Below, one piece after another: positions 10,835 through 21,109 of a DNA stretch of 64,000 nucleotides. The stretch's first letter is position 1. Every line of letters starts with the position of its first letter. Source of the DNA: a virus (Duplodnaviria; Caudoviricetes); the IMG/VR virus record IMGVR_UViG_3300045596_000094, positions 32,001 through 96,000 of that record. One strand, 5' to 3'. The notes under the pieces are model-generated. The model saw only the letters and a program-made list of their open reading frames with translations. It had not been told where the DNA came from and ran no database searches. Both the position numbers and the translations under genes were made by a program.

Positions 10835-10971
10835 TGCCAGCTCCTAATAAAAAATTATAGGTTACACCAATAGCCTGAGGCTTACTATTTAATAGTATGA
10901 TGTGTAGTGTATCCATTACATAAAATCTAAGTTAGATATCCATATTAAACGCGCGTTTATAGGAGACTATA

Positions 10972-13299
10972 ATGTCTACAATTTATACCAGCACACCTCG
11001 TGCCATGTTGCTGGGTGTGAAGGACGAATCTATTCGAGAAGTACCGCTCGAAGATATCGTTCTTCCAGCCCACTTACCATGGGTGATGACTTTTGCTGAA
11101 CAAGGTGATGGGTTTCCACACATGCTGATGAGTTCTGGCGCTGTACGTATGTATGGTTCAGATACTTTTGATATTTCTGGGAAGTATGCAACTCACCAAA
11201 CTGCTCTCATCAATGTGTTTATGGCGAATGCCAATCCAATGATGCTTCAGCGAATTATTCCTGAAGGTGCAAAAACCTCTATCCTACGATTATCTGTAGA
11301 AATTATTCCAACAATGATTCCAGATTACGAGCGTAGTGAAACTGATGGTTCAATCGTTTACGAATTCAACGAATATGATGAACGTGTTCCTAAAGTAAAA
11401 GAAATGATCGCAGGGAACCGTGTAGTTTATCACACAACTGTTGCTCCGTGGAAAACTGAAGATCCTGTTAAAACAGCAGCTGCCATCGCAGTGGGTGGTG
11501 GTACGATTGTACGTAATTATCGCAGTGGCGATACCCTCTCTTCTACTGGCGAAAAGCTCGGGGAATTAGAACCTACAATTTCTGCTAAAGTTCCTACTTC
11601 AACGCTTTATCCAGTAATGGATGTGTTGGTCTCTTCTGCAGGTTCTTTCGGTGACCGCAAAGGTATCCGTTTGATGTTACCTACAACTAAAGGTTCAAAT
11701 CCTTTAGACTACAACACCTTCCGTGAAAGTCGCGCTTATTTACCGCGTCTAGGTTTAGTCACTAAAGATCCTAAGGATGGTAACTATGTTAACATCCCTA
11801 CGACAGGTGGCGATACCTTTATTGATGTATCCTTCAAAGAAGGTGTACGTACTGAACGTGCTAAGGTTCCTTTGTACATCGCAGATCGCTTGATCGAAGA
11901 TTATGAAATTGCAACTGAATCACAACCGCATATCCCTGGACCGTACAGTAAAGTTCATGTCTACCATAATGAATTGGCTGAGGCTTTGGGCGTATTGATC
12001 AACGGTACTGACGGTAGTTCTACAGCTATCGCTGGTATTAAAGGTGAATCTGGGTTCAACGATATTGCAGCTGAATGGCAACGTCTCCCAATCAATGATG
12101 CTTCGGCTCAGCGTTTGAACTTCCTTGGTGGTTACGACGAAACTGGTGCGCCTTACTTTGCTTTTGAAACATCTAAGTCTGCTCTTTTTGGCGGTGTTGC
12201 TTTAGGTAATGAAACCTACATCTTCCCTGAAGGTGGTGAAGATGGGTTACCGTTAATGGCAACTGGAGAAATCAACGAATTGGCTAAGTACGAAATGTAC
12301 GACAATGCTGTTCGTAAAGAAGCTGAAAACTTCGGTAATGGTGAAGTTAAATTCCTGAATACTGCGAAATACCCTATTTCCGCACTTTGGGATACTGGCT
12401 TCTCTATGGATACCAAGAAGGCTATGCTTACACCAATCGGTCTTCGTAAAGACTTCGGGGTTGTACTTGCAACGCATTCAGTAGGTGACTTCTTCAATGA
12501 AACCACTGAAACCACCCCAGGCAAATACGTGACTAAGCGCGTTTATCAGTGGGTAGATGATAACGATATCGCTTCTGAAACATCTATCGCAGGTGTCTTG
12601 CGCACACATGCAAGTTTGTATCCTGAGTCTGAAGTTTATGGCACACCAGTTTGTCGTGCGATCATTGTTGGTCAATCTGGACGATTGATTAATAGTAGTT
12701 ATACCCGACGTTTACCTTTAACCATTGAATATGGTAATAAGGTTTCTCGTTTCATGGGTGCTGCTGATGGTTTCTGGAATCCAGCTCGTGCCTACGATCA
12801 GAAAGGTCAGAACATCATTGAGATCATGCGTGATGTCAATTTAACATGGCGTGAAGAGAACGTTGCGAATCAGCAATGGGCTAATGGTTTAGTGTACGCT
12901 GAAGATTACGACATGCGTCGTATGTTCTTCCCGGCTATCCGTACTGTTTACAATAATGAAACATCAGTATTGAACAGTTCTATCACCATGTGGGCAATTA
13001 TCACTATTGAGCGTGAAGCGCACAATAGCTGGCGTGATCTCGTAGGGAATGCGAAATTCAGTCCTGCTAAGTTCTTACAAGAATCTGACCGAATCTTGAC
13101 TGAACGTTTAGCTAAGCGTTTTGACGATCGTTTCATTATTGAAGTAGAAACCTACTATACTGAATCTGATACTGTGCGCGGCTATAGCTGGAGCTGTAAC
13201 ATCCATATCTACGCTCCGAACATGAAGACCGTTGGTCAGTACACGGTTGTTGCGCATCGCATCGAAGATTACCAAGCGGATCTTGCGACAGCGGCTTAA
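10972..13299 (+). CDS. Contractile tail sheath protein (phiKZ gp29-like)
   Basis: 775 aa; G.KDES, YGSDTFD...YATHQT, WDTGFSMDTK, YPESEVYGTPVCRA and FFPAIRTVY motifs; AGGAG RBS. Confidence 0.9.
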   Translation: MSTIYTSTPRAMLLGVKDESIREVPLEDIVLPAHLPWVMTFAEQGDGFPHMLMSSGAVRMYGSDTFDISGKYATHQTALINVFMANANPMMLQRIIPEGAKTSILRLSVEIIPTMIPDYERSETDGSIVYEFNEYDERVPKVKEMIAGNRVVYHTTVAPWKTEDPVKTAAAIAVGGGTIVRNYRSGDTLSSTGEKLGELEPTISAKVPTSTLYPVMDVLVSSAGSFGDRKGIRLMLPTTKGSNPLDYNTFRESRAYLPRLGLVTKDPKDGNYVNIPTTGGDTFIDVSFKEGVRTERAKVPLYIADRLIEDYEIATESQPHIPGPYSKVHVYHNELAEALGVLINGTDGSSTAIAGIKGESGFNDIAAEWQRLPINDASAQRLNFLGGYDETGAPYFAFETSKSALFGGVALGNETYIFPEGGEDGLPLMATGEINELAKYEMYDNAVRKEAENFGNGEVKFLNTAKYPISALWDTGFSMDTKKAMLTPIGLRKDFGVVLATHSVGDFFNETTETTPGKYVTKRVYQWVDDNDIASETSIAGVLRTHASLYPESEVYGTPVCRAIIVGQSGRLINSSYTRRLPLTIEYGNKVSRFMGAADGFWNPARAYDQKGQNIIEIMRDVNLTWREENVANQQWANGLVYAEDYDMRRMFFPAIRTVYNNETSVLNSSITMWAIITIEREAHNSWRDLVGNAKFSPAKFLQESDRILTERLAKRFDDRFIIEVETYYTESDTVRGYSWSCNIHIYAPNMKTVGQYTVVAHRIEDYQADLATAA

Positions 13300-13305
13300 T
13301 CAAAT

Positions 13306-13328
13306 ATGGGGTAGGGTTTCTACCCCAT
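13306..13328 (+). terminator. Hairpin between sheath and tube genes (partial terminator or mRNA processing element)
   Basis: ATGGGGTAG-GGTTT-CTACCCCAT. Confidence 0.55.
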
Positions 13329-13354
13329 CTTCTAATTAAATTTGGAGAATAAAA

Positions 13355-14248
13355 ATGGCTGCTCAACGCCGATATGCCGACACCTTGATTGTAGATGATA
13401 AATCTGCACGCGGGTACGGTCGTGGTCGTCAAGCCCCTATGCTCGATTTGAAGTATGGTGGTAATAACGGTCATATGCCAGATTATCCTGGCTACATTTC
13501 AAATACGCCTTACGTACGTCGTAACTTAATCATTCGTTTGATTCAAGCACCACGTGGTTTCGACTATTTGCCTGAACCAGAAAAATGGTACGAAGCACTG
13601 AAAGCGTTAATCGAATTACATCCTCTTTCTGTAACTGGCTTTAATAACCAGTTAGAAGTCACCATGAGCGAAACACCTTTCGGTGGTGCGGGTGAAATGC
13701 AGGAAGCAGTATCTAACGTTACGCGTTCTCGTGTAATGCCAGTATTCAACTACGTTGAGAAATATGGTCGTCCGATCACTACCTTCTTCGAACGTTGGGT
13801 TACTGAATTGATGATGGATCCTAACTCTAAATTCCCTAACGTTGTTACACGTACAAATGCGCGTAACCAAATCGTTGACTTGCTGCCTGACTTTACGTCT
13901 GCAACAATTCTTGCATTTGAACCAGACCCTACATTCACTAAGATTGATAAGGCTTGGTTAGTTGCGGATTTAAAACCGAAGAACTCTCTTGCTCCTGCAG
14001 AAGGTGAGCGTAACATCCATCAAGGTGGTGACATCATTGAGTTCCCAATCGAAATGACTGGTGTTGCTCAAACTGGTGCTGGTGTTAACTTGTTTGCTCA
14101 GAAGATCTTAGAATCAATGGTATTAACTGGTGCGAACCCGTTGAACCGTGAAGCCTTTACTACTGAAATTGACGGTAACATTGTTGACCTTCAATCTGGT
14201 TATAAAGAGCAATTGGATCTTGCTGCTCGCACATCTGTACGCGAATAA
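13355..14248 (+). CDS. Tail tube protein (phiKZ gp30-like)
   Basis: 297 aa after sheath; YISNTPYVRRNL, GGAGEMQE, EKYGRPI and FEPDPT motifs; GGAG RBS. Confidence 0.88.
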   Translation: MAAQRRYADTLIVDDKSARGYGRGRQAPMLDLKYGGNNGHMPDYPGYISNTPYVRRNLIIRLIQAPRGFDYLPEPEKWYEALKALIELHPLSVTGFNNQLEVTMSETPFGGAGEMQEAVSNVTRSRVMPVFNYVEKYGRPITTFFERWVTELMMDPNSKFPNVVTRTNARNQIVDLLPDFTSATILAFEPDPTFTKIDKAWLVADLKPKNSLAPAEGERNIHQGGDIIEFPIEMTGVAQTGAGVNLFAQKILESMVLTGANPLNREAFTTEIDGNIVDLQSGYKEQLDLAARTSVRE

Positions 14249-14296
14249 GCATAAACCATTCCATACTCCCCGTTATGGGGAGTATGGAACTTATGC
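14249..14296. terminator. Bidirectional intrinsic terminator
   Basis: 13-bp stem TTCCATACTCCCC/GGGGAGTATGGAA flanked by GCATAAA...CTTATGC between convergent genes. Confidence 0.88.
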
Positions 14297-14298
14297 TG

Positions 14299-14646
14299 TC
14301 AAATAAAATCCTGGGTGATCCAATTCAATGAACCCATTTCCGCTGCTGTAAGTTTATAGTCGTCTATTAGGTGAGGTCCAACGATTTCATCTGAGCAGAT
14401 TGTTTTCTCATCGGAAGGACTATAGACTAACTGATACCGTTCAGCCACCTCAAAACCAACGTCATGACCATCCATCCGTTCAATATAGCTTTTTAACAAT
14501 GGATGTTCCACCGTACCGCGGTAAAGTTTCTTTGCAGGTACTAATATTAAAGCTTTATCAGACCACCCTTTTAAACGAACCGCTTTCCCACTTTTCATCT
14601 GAAGATATGCTTCCGGGAAAGAAATTGTTCTAGTTCTCATATCCAT
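14299..14646 (-). CDS. DUF2829 / Tad2-like protein (candidate immune-signal sponge)
   Basis: N-terminal SFPEAYLQMKSGKAVRLKGW resembles the DUF2829 consensus F.EAL..LK.G..V.R.GW; C-terminal YKLTAAEMGSLNW resembles W.PSQ.D.LA.DW. Confidence 0.6.
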   Translation of the reverse strand: MDMRTRTISFPEAYLQMKSGKAVRLKGWSDKALILVPAKKLYRGTVEHPLLKSYIERMDGHDVGFEVAERYQLVYSPSDEKTICSDEIVGPHLIDDYKLTAAEMGSLNWITQDFI

Positions 14647-14703
14647 TACCCCATGAGTTATTCAAATCATACTAGCCGTCAGTAAAAATAAAAAGAATCC
14701 ATA

Positions 14704-14740
14704 GACTTAGACCCCCTACCGAAGTAGAGGGTTTAGTTTT
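14704..14740 (-). terminator. Terminator hairpin with cUUCGg loop
   Basis: Minus strand ...CCCTCTAC-TTCG-GTAGGGGG... Confidence 0.65.
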
Positions 14741-15173
14741 AGATATCAGCAGTATCCATGTATATCAAATGTTCGGATAGATTGTTATACGTGAGTACAT
14801 TACGCAATACGACCATCTTAATTAGATTATCATCGAATTTCTGATAGCCGCGCACCACAAGTTTAGATGCGTAGATTAGATCCAAAGGGTCAGCATTAGG
14901 GTCTTGTTGTTCAGCGAAGAAAGCTAATTTAAAACACTCATGTTCACCAATCAATTCAAAAGGATCGATGGTCTTGTGATTTTTAGCAGCTTCCTGACGG
15001 TGTTCACACCATTGGACTTTACCACCTAACTTGAAGTCTTCAGCCGGATGGATATCGCCATCACAACCGGTAATAAGGGCAATGTACGGAGCATTGATGT
15101 TAATGAGTTCTTTCTGTGAACCGAACACACCATTGGGAACGAGTTGTATTAAACGGCTCAAACTATTCTTCAT
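14739..15173 (-). CDS. Hypothetical protein (start reassigned to MKNSLSRL)
   Basis: GAGG RBS before ATG 15173, which overlaps the end of the upstream ORF. Confidence 0.65.
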   Translation of the reverse strand: MKNSLSRLIQLVPNGVFGSQKELININAPYIALITGCDGDIHPAEDFKLGGKVQWCEHRQEAAKNHKTIDPFELIGEHECFKLAFFAEQQDPNADPLDLIYASKLVVRGYQKFDDNLIKMVVLRNVLTYNNLSEHLIYMDTADI

Positions 15174-15762
15174 TGTCAAATCCTCGTTTATCAACATAAA
15201 CATTAATCGGAGAGAAATGGTAACGACTCTTCCCCCTTATCCCTTCATGTTTAGGATAACGGGGCTTATCTGTAATCATAACATTCGACAGATCAACCCC
15301 ATTAAACAGTACTGCGCCTTCAGTAGAGAAAGCTTTACCGTGTAATAATTTAACTTTCAGTGTTTTCACAACAGACAGCCTATAGTTCACCTTGTCGAAT
15401 AAATCAAAACGATAATAGTCGAACGGGCTGGTTTCCCGGTCAACCAAACCTTTAACGAACAGTTCAACATGACTTTCATGTTTTATAACAATGAGATCTA
15501 AAGCCTCTTGTATAAAATCGAAATCATCCAAAAGCTCAACTGTTGTAGTGTGTACTGCAGTTTGATTGGTTATGGTTTCCATGAAATTAAAAGGTTCATT
15601 GAATTGGATATCTTCAGTGAAGCTTCTCAAAACAGAAACTAGATTCGCATATATTCGATGGATGTTTATGTTTTCGAAATGAGGGATTCCTTTCAATGTA
15701 AGTATGGTTTGTTTTGCCCCCATTTCAGAAATGATGATGTTCTTTAAGTCATCATTTGTCAA
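15163..15762 (-). CDS. Hypothetical protein
   Basis: 199 aa; TTG start overlaps the stop of the upstream acidic ORF (TTGA). Confidence 0.65.
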   Translation of the reverse strand: MTNDDLKNIIISEMGAKQTILTLKGIPHFENINIHRIYANLVSVLRSFTEDIQFNEPFNFMETITNQTAVHTTTVELLDDFDFIQEALDLIVIKHESHVELFVKGLVDRETSPFDYYRFDLFDKVNYRLSVVKTLKVKLLHGKAFSTEGAVLFNGVDLSNVMITDKPRYPKHEGIRGKSRYHFSPINVYVDKRGFDNEE

Positions 15763-15926
15763 TCTTCATTCTCCCACCAGTTATCGAGTGGCGCAGTTCC
15801 GAAATGTGCGTTGATTGCATCGAAGGAAGCCATCTCCGCTTCCACGCTTGTTGCGGGTTCTTGGTCATCTAAGAATAATGACTCATCATCTTGGTCTTTT
15901 GGGTTTGGATCAAAAGCATTAAACAT
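15759..15926 (-). CDS. Small highly acidic protein (55 aa); not in ORF track
   Basis: MFNAFDPNPKDQDDESLFLDDQEPATSVEAEMASFDAINAHFGTAPLDNWWENED; GGAG RBS; stop coupled to the next start. Confidence 0.8.
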   Translation of the reverse strand: MFNAFDPNPKDQDDESLFLDDQEPATSVEAEMASFDAINAHFGTAPLDNWWENED

Positions 15927-15948
15927 AAATAAACTCCAGTTATTAATA

Positions 15949-15974
15949 GGGATTCAAATTAATAGTGTATATCT
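15949..15974 (-). promoter_or_regulatory. Candidate phage early promoter, copy 1
   Basis: 21/26 identity with 31853-31878; minus strand AGATATACACTATTAATTTGAATCCC. Confidence 0.6.
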
Positions 15975-15991
15975 ATAATTAATTATGATAG

Positions 15992-16028
15992 CATAAACCG
16001 AGTGCCCTGAGGCACTCAGTGGTTTATG
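15992..16028 (-). terminator. Terminator after gp147-like gene
   Basis: CATAAACC-GAGTGCC-CTGA-GGCACTC-AGT-GGTTTATG. Confidence 0.7.
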
Positions 16029-17303
16029 TCAGTCTTCTTGGATCAGGTATTGTGATTTGATAGATAGTAACTGACCTGGTTCATAGGTCACTCTTTCTAT
16101 CGCATCAATATTGTTCACCCATTCTTCACCCGTTGCCAAGCCATTGGTACGATATAGTGGGGAACGATAAAACGTGTCCTTTAAATGTAATCGACGGAGA
16201 GTATGGTAAGTTGCTTTGTGTGTAATCTTCCAGTAAGGGTAGAGAATACCGCTTGCTGTTACGTATGGTAGTGTCACAGGGAGCTCTGATTCAAAAATCC
16301 CTGGTAACTTAGGTTGATCAATACTAATACGCTCATAGAGCAAACGAGGAGCATCCACCACGACAAAGAATGACTGCATCAATAGAAGCATTTCGGTGAT
16401 GACATCATTATCGATGACGTCGGCTAACTTCACACCGCCCCGCATATATTCTCGCTCATCTAAGTCAAGCGATGACAGATCGATCTTAGTACGGCTTTCT
16501 AAAATAATTTGCAGAACATCAAGTAAATGTAGATTGATTCTCACCACGCCACTATCGTTGACTTTTTCCACAATATCGTTAGTAGAATATAATCTTCCGC
16601 AGAACACAAAAAGGATAGTTTTATTCTCAGTGTCTTCATTTAGATTTATATAAAAACCTTCACGATATGTCGCATCAACATTATCAGGAATAGGCGCGAT
16701 CATTTCTTTGAGGATTTTGATCTGTTTAATGTCACCTATGTTTTCGAAACTAATAATTCCAATATGATTATCTTGCTCAATATATAATGAACGACCAGCT
16801 TCCTTAACAATTAATCCTTTTGAGCCGGGGATATTTAAATGCAGTAAACCGTTTACCGTGGTCAGCACACGTTTCTGAATAACGTCAACCTGCGGTATTG
16901 GCTTATAGATGTACGCATCCCGCAGATCTTCTTTTGGATATGTGTTTTCAGAATACGGATTCAGCGGGTGCGCTAATCGAACATTAAAACCAGCCTGGAT
17001 AGCGTCTGAGGCGCGAATACTTTGTTCGATTAGTTTGGGTTTAATTGTGGACCCAAAGATTGTTTTATTTCCAATGGTTGCTAACCATGAAGGGAAGACA
17101 ACATTAGAAATGGGTAATTCTTGTTGTCTTAGTTCAACTAAATTAACCCATACATGTTTTGACAAGGATGGTTCAGAAAGCTCAATGAAACCGTCCTGAT
17201 AATTGTCATAAAGCTCTTGCATTTTGACATTAGTGAGATCAACGGACACATATGGGCTATTCGAACCACGCACTCGCAAAATGGCGCTTTCGTAGCGATA
17301 CAT
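16029..17303 (-). CDS. phiKZ gp147-like conserved protein (start reassigned to MYRYESAILR)
   Basis: LTTVNGLLH motif; divergent from gp145/146-like genes as in phiKZ-like genomes; AGAGG RBS before ATG 17303. Confidence 0.6.
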   Translation of the reverse strand: MYRYESAILRVRGSNSPYVSVDLTNVKMQELYDNYQDGFIELSEPSLSKHVWVNLVELRQQELPISNVVFPSWLATIGNKTIFGSTIKPKLIEQSIRASDAIQAGFNVRLAHPLNPYSENTYPKEDLRDAYIYKPIPQVDVIQKRVLTTVNGLLHLNIPGSKGLIVKEAGRSLYIEQDNHIGIISFENIGDIKQIKILKEMIAPIPDNVDATYREGFYINLNEDTENKTILFVFCGRLYSTNDIVEKVNDSGVVRINLHLLDVLQIILESRTKIDLSSLDLDEREYMRGGVKLADVIDNDVITEMLLLMQSFFVVVDAPRLLYERISIDQPKLPGIFESELPVTLPYVTASGILYPYWKITHKATYHTLRRLHLKDTFYRSPLYRTNGLATGEEWVNNIDAIERVTYEPGQLLSIKSQYLIQED

Positions 17304-17370
17304 AGCGAACCCTCTATCTGGTATGATATGAACATCTTTCTTAACATACAATTAGTGGAAGGTATAAGAT

Positions 17371-19113
17371 ATGGCCGTTAGTTATCCATACGACCCATCG
17401 GGGGTTGCTAGTACCAACCTTATCGTCGATGAACTTCATTCGGTTCAACCTCCCTCAGACATTACTCATGCCTCTTTTATCGTCCTCCACGCTGCTCCGT
17501 TTTTCATGGAAGGTGTTGAAGTTTATACAGGTAAGAATAAATCTGGGACACGTTTGATCCCGAACGTCGATTACATTTATACACATAAATTCGTAGCAGG
17601 CACGCAGTACCTTGGTCGCATCATTTACGGTGGGATCATGTTTACAAACCAGAACTATACTGGTAACGTGTATGTCACCTATCAAACCCTAGGTGGTGAT
17701 TTCACCGTAAACGACGTTGCTATTATTGAACGTATTACTAATGAAGTCTATTCGGATGTCCGTTTTGTAACTTGGGATCAAATCCAAGGTGTACCTTCGG
17801 CATTTCCACCAGATGCACATCAGCATACTGTAAATGATATTAAAACATTAGATGACGTACATCTAGCATTAGAAAATATTGCTGCGGCTATTTTAGCCGG
17901 TGGTCAGTCAGGCGGTGGTGATAGTGGTGCATTGGCTTTAATCACTCAGCATTTATCGAATCAATCAACTGCACACACCCCATCTGCCGTGGGTTTAGGT
18001 TTAGTTGCTAACTATAAAGTTGCAACGGAAGCAGAAGCTCTAGCTCTGCGTACCGATCGATATATGACCCCTCAAGTGACCGGCTATCTCATTGCTCGAT
18101 ATATCGCAAACCAGAACATCGGTGATATCCGCGTTAAAGTTCAGGTATTAGAAGAAAGCGTTGACCGTATTAAATTGCAGATCAATGACATCCTACAGTC
18201 GATCAATGATCAGAGTGATAGTTTGGCTGATATGGCTACTTCTATATCTGCGTTCCGACGCGAACTCGATATCATGAATGAAAATATCGGTGATATGCAG
18301 CAACAGGTCATGAATGCAACAGCAACCGCAAATACAGCTATGGCTGTAGCGAATGCTGCTGACGGAAATATGCAAGACATGATTAGTCGTGTCCATGACA
18401 TTCTTTACGTGAACAACTCAATACTTCCAGTTGGTAGTCATTTCCTTACTATTCCAGCGGGTTCTAAACTACAAGTAACTCTAGTAGGTGCTGGTGGTGG
18501 TTCAGGTAAACATCATGTATTGAGTTCTGATGGAATACGTTTTGGCGGTAATTTAATGCCTGGTGAAGAATCTACCTTATTCTTCTTAGGTACTCGTAAA
18601 CTACCGTTAGAACCAACTCCTCTCGCTATTGCCGGTGGTGGTCAGTCTGGTATGAACAACTGGGGTGATGCTGGCGCTGTGGCTGGTGGTGCTGGTGGTA
18701 AAAGTTGGACCTTCCGTGGGAACCGTGTGAAAGTAAGCGAGATTAAAAATATTAATCTCGTGAATGACCTCATTGAATCTGCTGCTGAAAACCATGGCAC
18801 CGCAGGTACCAGTGGTGACAGTGCAAACACTGAAAGAAATGTAGCTGGTGTTGGTGGGTTCTACATTAACGCAACTGGTGATGCGTATCGGCAACTATAT
18901 GGTAAAGGTTGTCCTGGTTCTACCCGAGCTTCATTGGGTGGTTCTGGTGGTAAGTGTGTTTACATTATTGATAATGATGGCACTGAAGATATACGCATCG
19001 GTATTGTTGTTGGTCGCCACGGTACATCTTCGCGCAATGCGTTATCAACGCCGGTTACTTACTTATCAGCAATTGAATCGAATGGTGTAGCCATCGTTCA
19101 ATTAGTCAACTAA
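17371..19113 (+). CDS. Tail fibre / tail-tip protein, phiKZ gp145/146 family
   Basis: N-terminal YPYDPSG..STNLI.DE.H...YQTLGG...W..I.G.P.AFPP..H.H module, central coiled coil, C-terminal glycine-rich domain. Confidence 0.75.
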   Translation: MAVSYPYDPSGVASTNLIVDELHSVQPPSDITHASFIVLHAAPFFMEGVEVYTGKNKSGTRLIPNVDYIYTHKFVAGTQYLGRIIYGGIMFTNQNYTGNVYVTYQTLGGDFTVNDVAIIERITNEVYSDVRFVTWDQIQGVPSAFPPDAHQHTVNDIKTLDDVHLALENIAAAILAGGQSGGGDSGALALITQHLSNQSTAHTPSAVGLGLVANYKVATEAEALALRTDRYMTPQVTGYLIARYIANQNIGDIRVKVQVLEESVDRIKLQINDILQSINDQSDSLADMATSISAFRRELDIMNENIGDMQQQVMNATATANTAMAVANAADGNMQDMISRVHDILYVNNSILPVGSHFLTIPAGSKLQVTLVGAGGGSGKHHVLSSDGIRFGGNLMPGEESTLFFLGTRKLPLEPTPLAIAGGGQSGMNNWGDAGAVAGGAGGKSWTFRGNRVKVSEIKNINLVNDLIESAAENHGTAGTSGDSANTERNVAGVGGFYINATGDAYRQLYGKGCPGSTRASLGGSGGKCVYIIDNDGTEDIRIGIVVGRHGTSSRNALSTPVTYLSAIESNGVAIVQLVN

Positions 19114-19132
19114 CAATGAAAAGAGGTAGGTT

Positions 19133-21097
19133 ATGAACTTTCGTGAACCTTCAAGACCGTATGACCCTACCGCATCGTCATTGCAGAATTTGGTAATCGC
19201 TGAAAAACGACCATTGGGAACGAATGAATACTATATTTTCGTTCCTTCCCATGGTCCGTATTATTCTGATTCTCTTAAAGTGTATAGTGGTGGTAAACTA
19301 CTAGAAAGAGAAAAGGATTATCGTACGTTAGTGCACCATCCTCGAGCATCTGGAGTGACAGCGAAAGAGGTTAGCGTTTGTGTTCAGATCATTAACACAT
19401 CTTTAACTGAAGTTGACATTACATATCAGGTTGTTGGTGGCGGTTTCCAATGTCTTTTTGAGATTATAAAACTCATCAAGGACAGTTATGGCGATAAGGT
19501 ACTGCGCCCGATTCTCTGGCATGAAATTATTGGTAAGCCTGATAGTTTCAATCCAGCAGCGCATTGGCATGTGGTTTGGGATATTTCAGGTTGGGAGAAG
19601 ATTATTACCCCAATTGACCAGATTCGCCAAGCTATCACATTTAAGAAGCAGCAAGCTTACCGTGATATTTACGACTATTATTACGCCAAACAAATTGCCC
19701 ATCAAAATGATGTGGATTCGCGAATCGCGACACTGTGGCAGAAAGCCGAAGCTGTCTGGTCTAAAATCCGACCGCCTGTTGGTATTGTGACAATTACCAC
19801 TAAACCAAATCTCACATTTCCTGATGGGGACTACGTTGAGATGAAGAACACTCTTCTCTGGGGTGTGAGTGCCGATGGTGATTTAGGTAAAACTTGGAAT
19901 GTGAGTAAAGACTTAGTTTTCCCATATCCCGATAACCTGTTATTGAACGAGAAAGAATATCCTATCCTTCAAGAGAAAGATGAATTCATTTTCTTAGATA
20001 ACGAACACCCTGTAAGTCCAAAGGTTACCCATACCGAGGAATATTGGGAAGAAATTGATGAGTTGTTTGATGCACTCACTGTGAAGATCTGGAAGAAGAC
20101 CACCCAGGGTGGGGAATTCAGAGCTACACTTACAGCGGCGCCTACGACCATCAATGAAAATGAGGTTACCTTATTCACCCTAAATACTGTCGGGTTTGCA
20201 CAGGGTACCCAAGTACCATATCGTTTAACAGGAATTGGTCCTAACAACGTGAATGTACCTCTGGATGGTGTGGTAACAATTAACTCAGTAGGGGTAGGTA
20301 CTCTCGCGGTTAAATTGGTTGCGGGTAGTCCTCGAACTGATACCGATACCATGCGTTGCGATATGTTGGTTGCTGGTGGATTAAACGCTTCGGTCAAGTA
20401 TAATCTATTATCCAACGTAATTCAATCCACAGACACCACATTACATCAGTATGCGAATGGCCCTTTACTCACTTCACCAATTGTGCGTGGTGATTGGTAT
20501 GTCATGAAAATTGTACATCGCGGAATGAATGGTAAAAACTTGAAAATTAATTTCGGTTTGACTGTGAATGATCGTGTTACGATTAATGACGTACTTATAG
20601 CCGGGAATGCCGATTATACATACGCTGTTCCAGCTACTGGTAAATACGTAACGTTGAAATTCTGCGTTACATCTAGAGCGAATATTGTAAGCAATTCAGC
20701 TACGCTGAAACTTACAACGGCTTCAGGGGTGGTGGAATCTTTACCCTATTCCTTAGATATTTTCGAGTTCATCGCTCTGGAAGCCTATAGTCCTGCAACG
20801 GGTGAAGTTCTTCCTTCTATCCATTACCATCAGTCTTTTAGACTTCGTGTAAAGCAGAACTCTAGAGACAATCCGGTAGTTGATTTAAGATTAACTGGCA
20901 ATACCACTACAGGCGTTATTTCCCCTAGTTTTATCCCACCACTTTATTGTGATCGTAACGGTGTTGGTGAGTCTGGGACATACAGTCTGGATGAAATCAG
21001 CGGTACAGCGATGACCGCAGGAAAGCTGACGTTCGTAGCGGTAGAACAACAGCTCAAAAAGATCCAGATTACTTTGGATCTCCCCGTAATAGTCTAG
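19133..21097 (+). CDS. Tail fibre / tail-tip protein, phiKZ gp145/146 family, with an Ig/Calx-beta-like segment
   Basis: PYDPTA...YQVVGG...W.EIIGKP.SFNP..H.H module; TTINENEVTLFTL...VPYRLTGI Ig-like segment. Confidence 0.72.
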   Translation: MNFREPSRPYDPTASSLQNLVIAEKRPLGTNEYYIFVPSHGPYYSDSLKVYSGGKLLEREKDYRTLVHHPRASGVTAKEVSVCVQIINTSLTEVDITYQVVGGGFQCLFEIIKLIKDSYGDKVLRPILWHEIIGKPDSFNPAAHWHVVWDISGWEKIITPIDQIRQAITFKKQQAYRDIYDYYYAKQIAHQNDVDSRIATLWQKAEAVWSKIRPPVGIVTITTKPNLTFPDGDYVEMKNTLLWGVSADGDLGKTWNVSKDLVFPYPDNLLLNEKEYPILQEKDEFIFLDNEHPVSPKVTHTEEYWEEIDELFDALTVKIWKKTTQGGEFRATLTAAPTTINENEVTLFTLNTVGFAQGTQVPYRLTGIGPNNVNVPLDGVVTINSVGVGTLAVKLVAGSPRTDTDTMRCDMLVAGGLNASVKYNLLSNVIQSTDTTLHQYANGPLLTSPIVRGDWYVMKIVHRGMNGKNLKINFGLTVNDRVTINDVLIAGNADYTYAVPATGKYVTLKFCVTSRANIVSNSATLKLTTASGVVESLPYSLDIFEFIALEAYSPATGEVLPSIHYHQSFRLRVKQNSRDNPVVDLRLTGNTTTGVISPSFIPPLYCDRNGVGESGTYSLDEISGTAMTAGKLTFVAVEQQLKKIQITLDLPVIV

Positions 21098-21109
21098 GAG
21101 TAAAATCAC

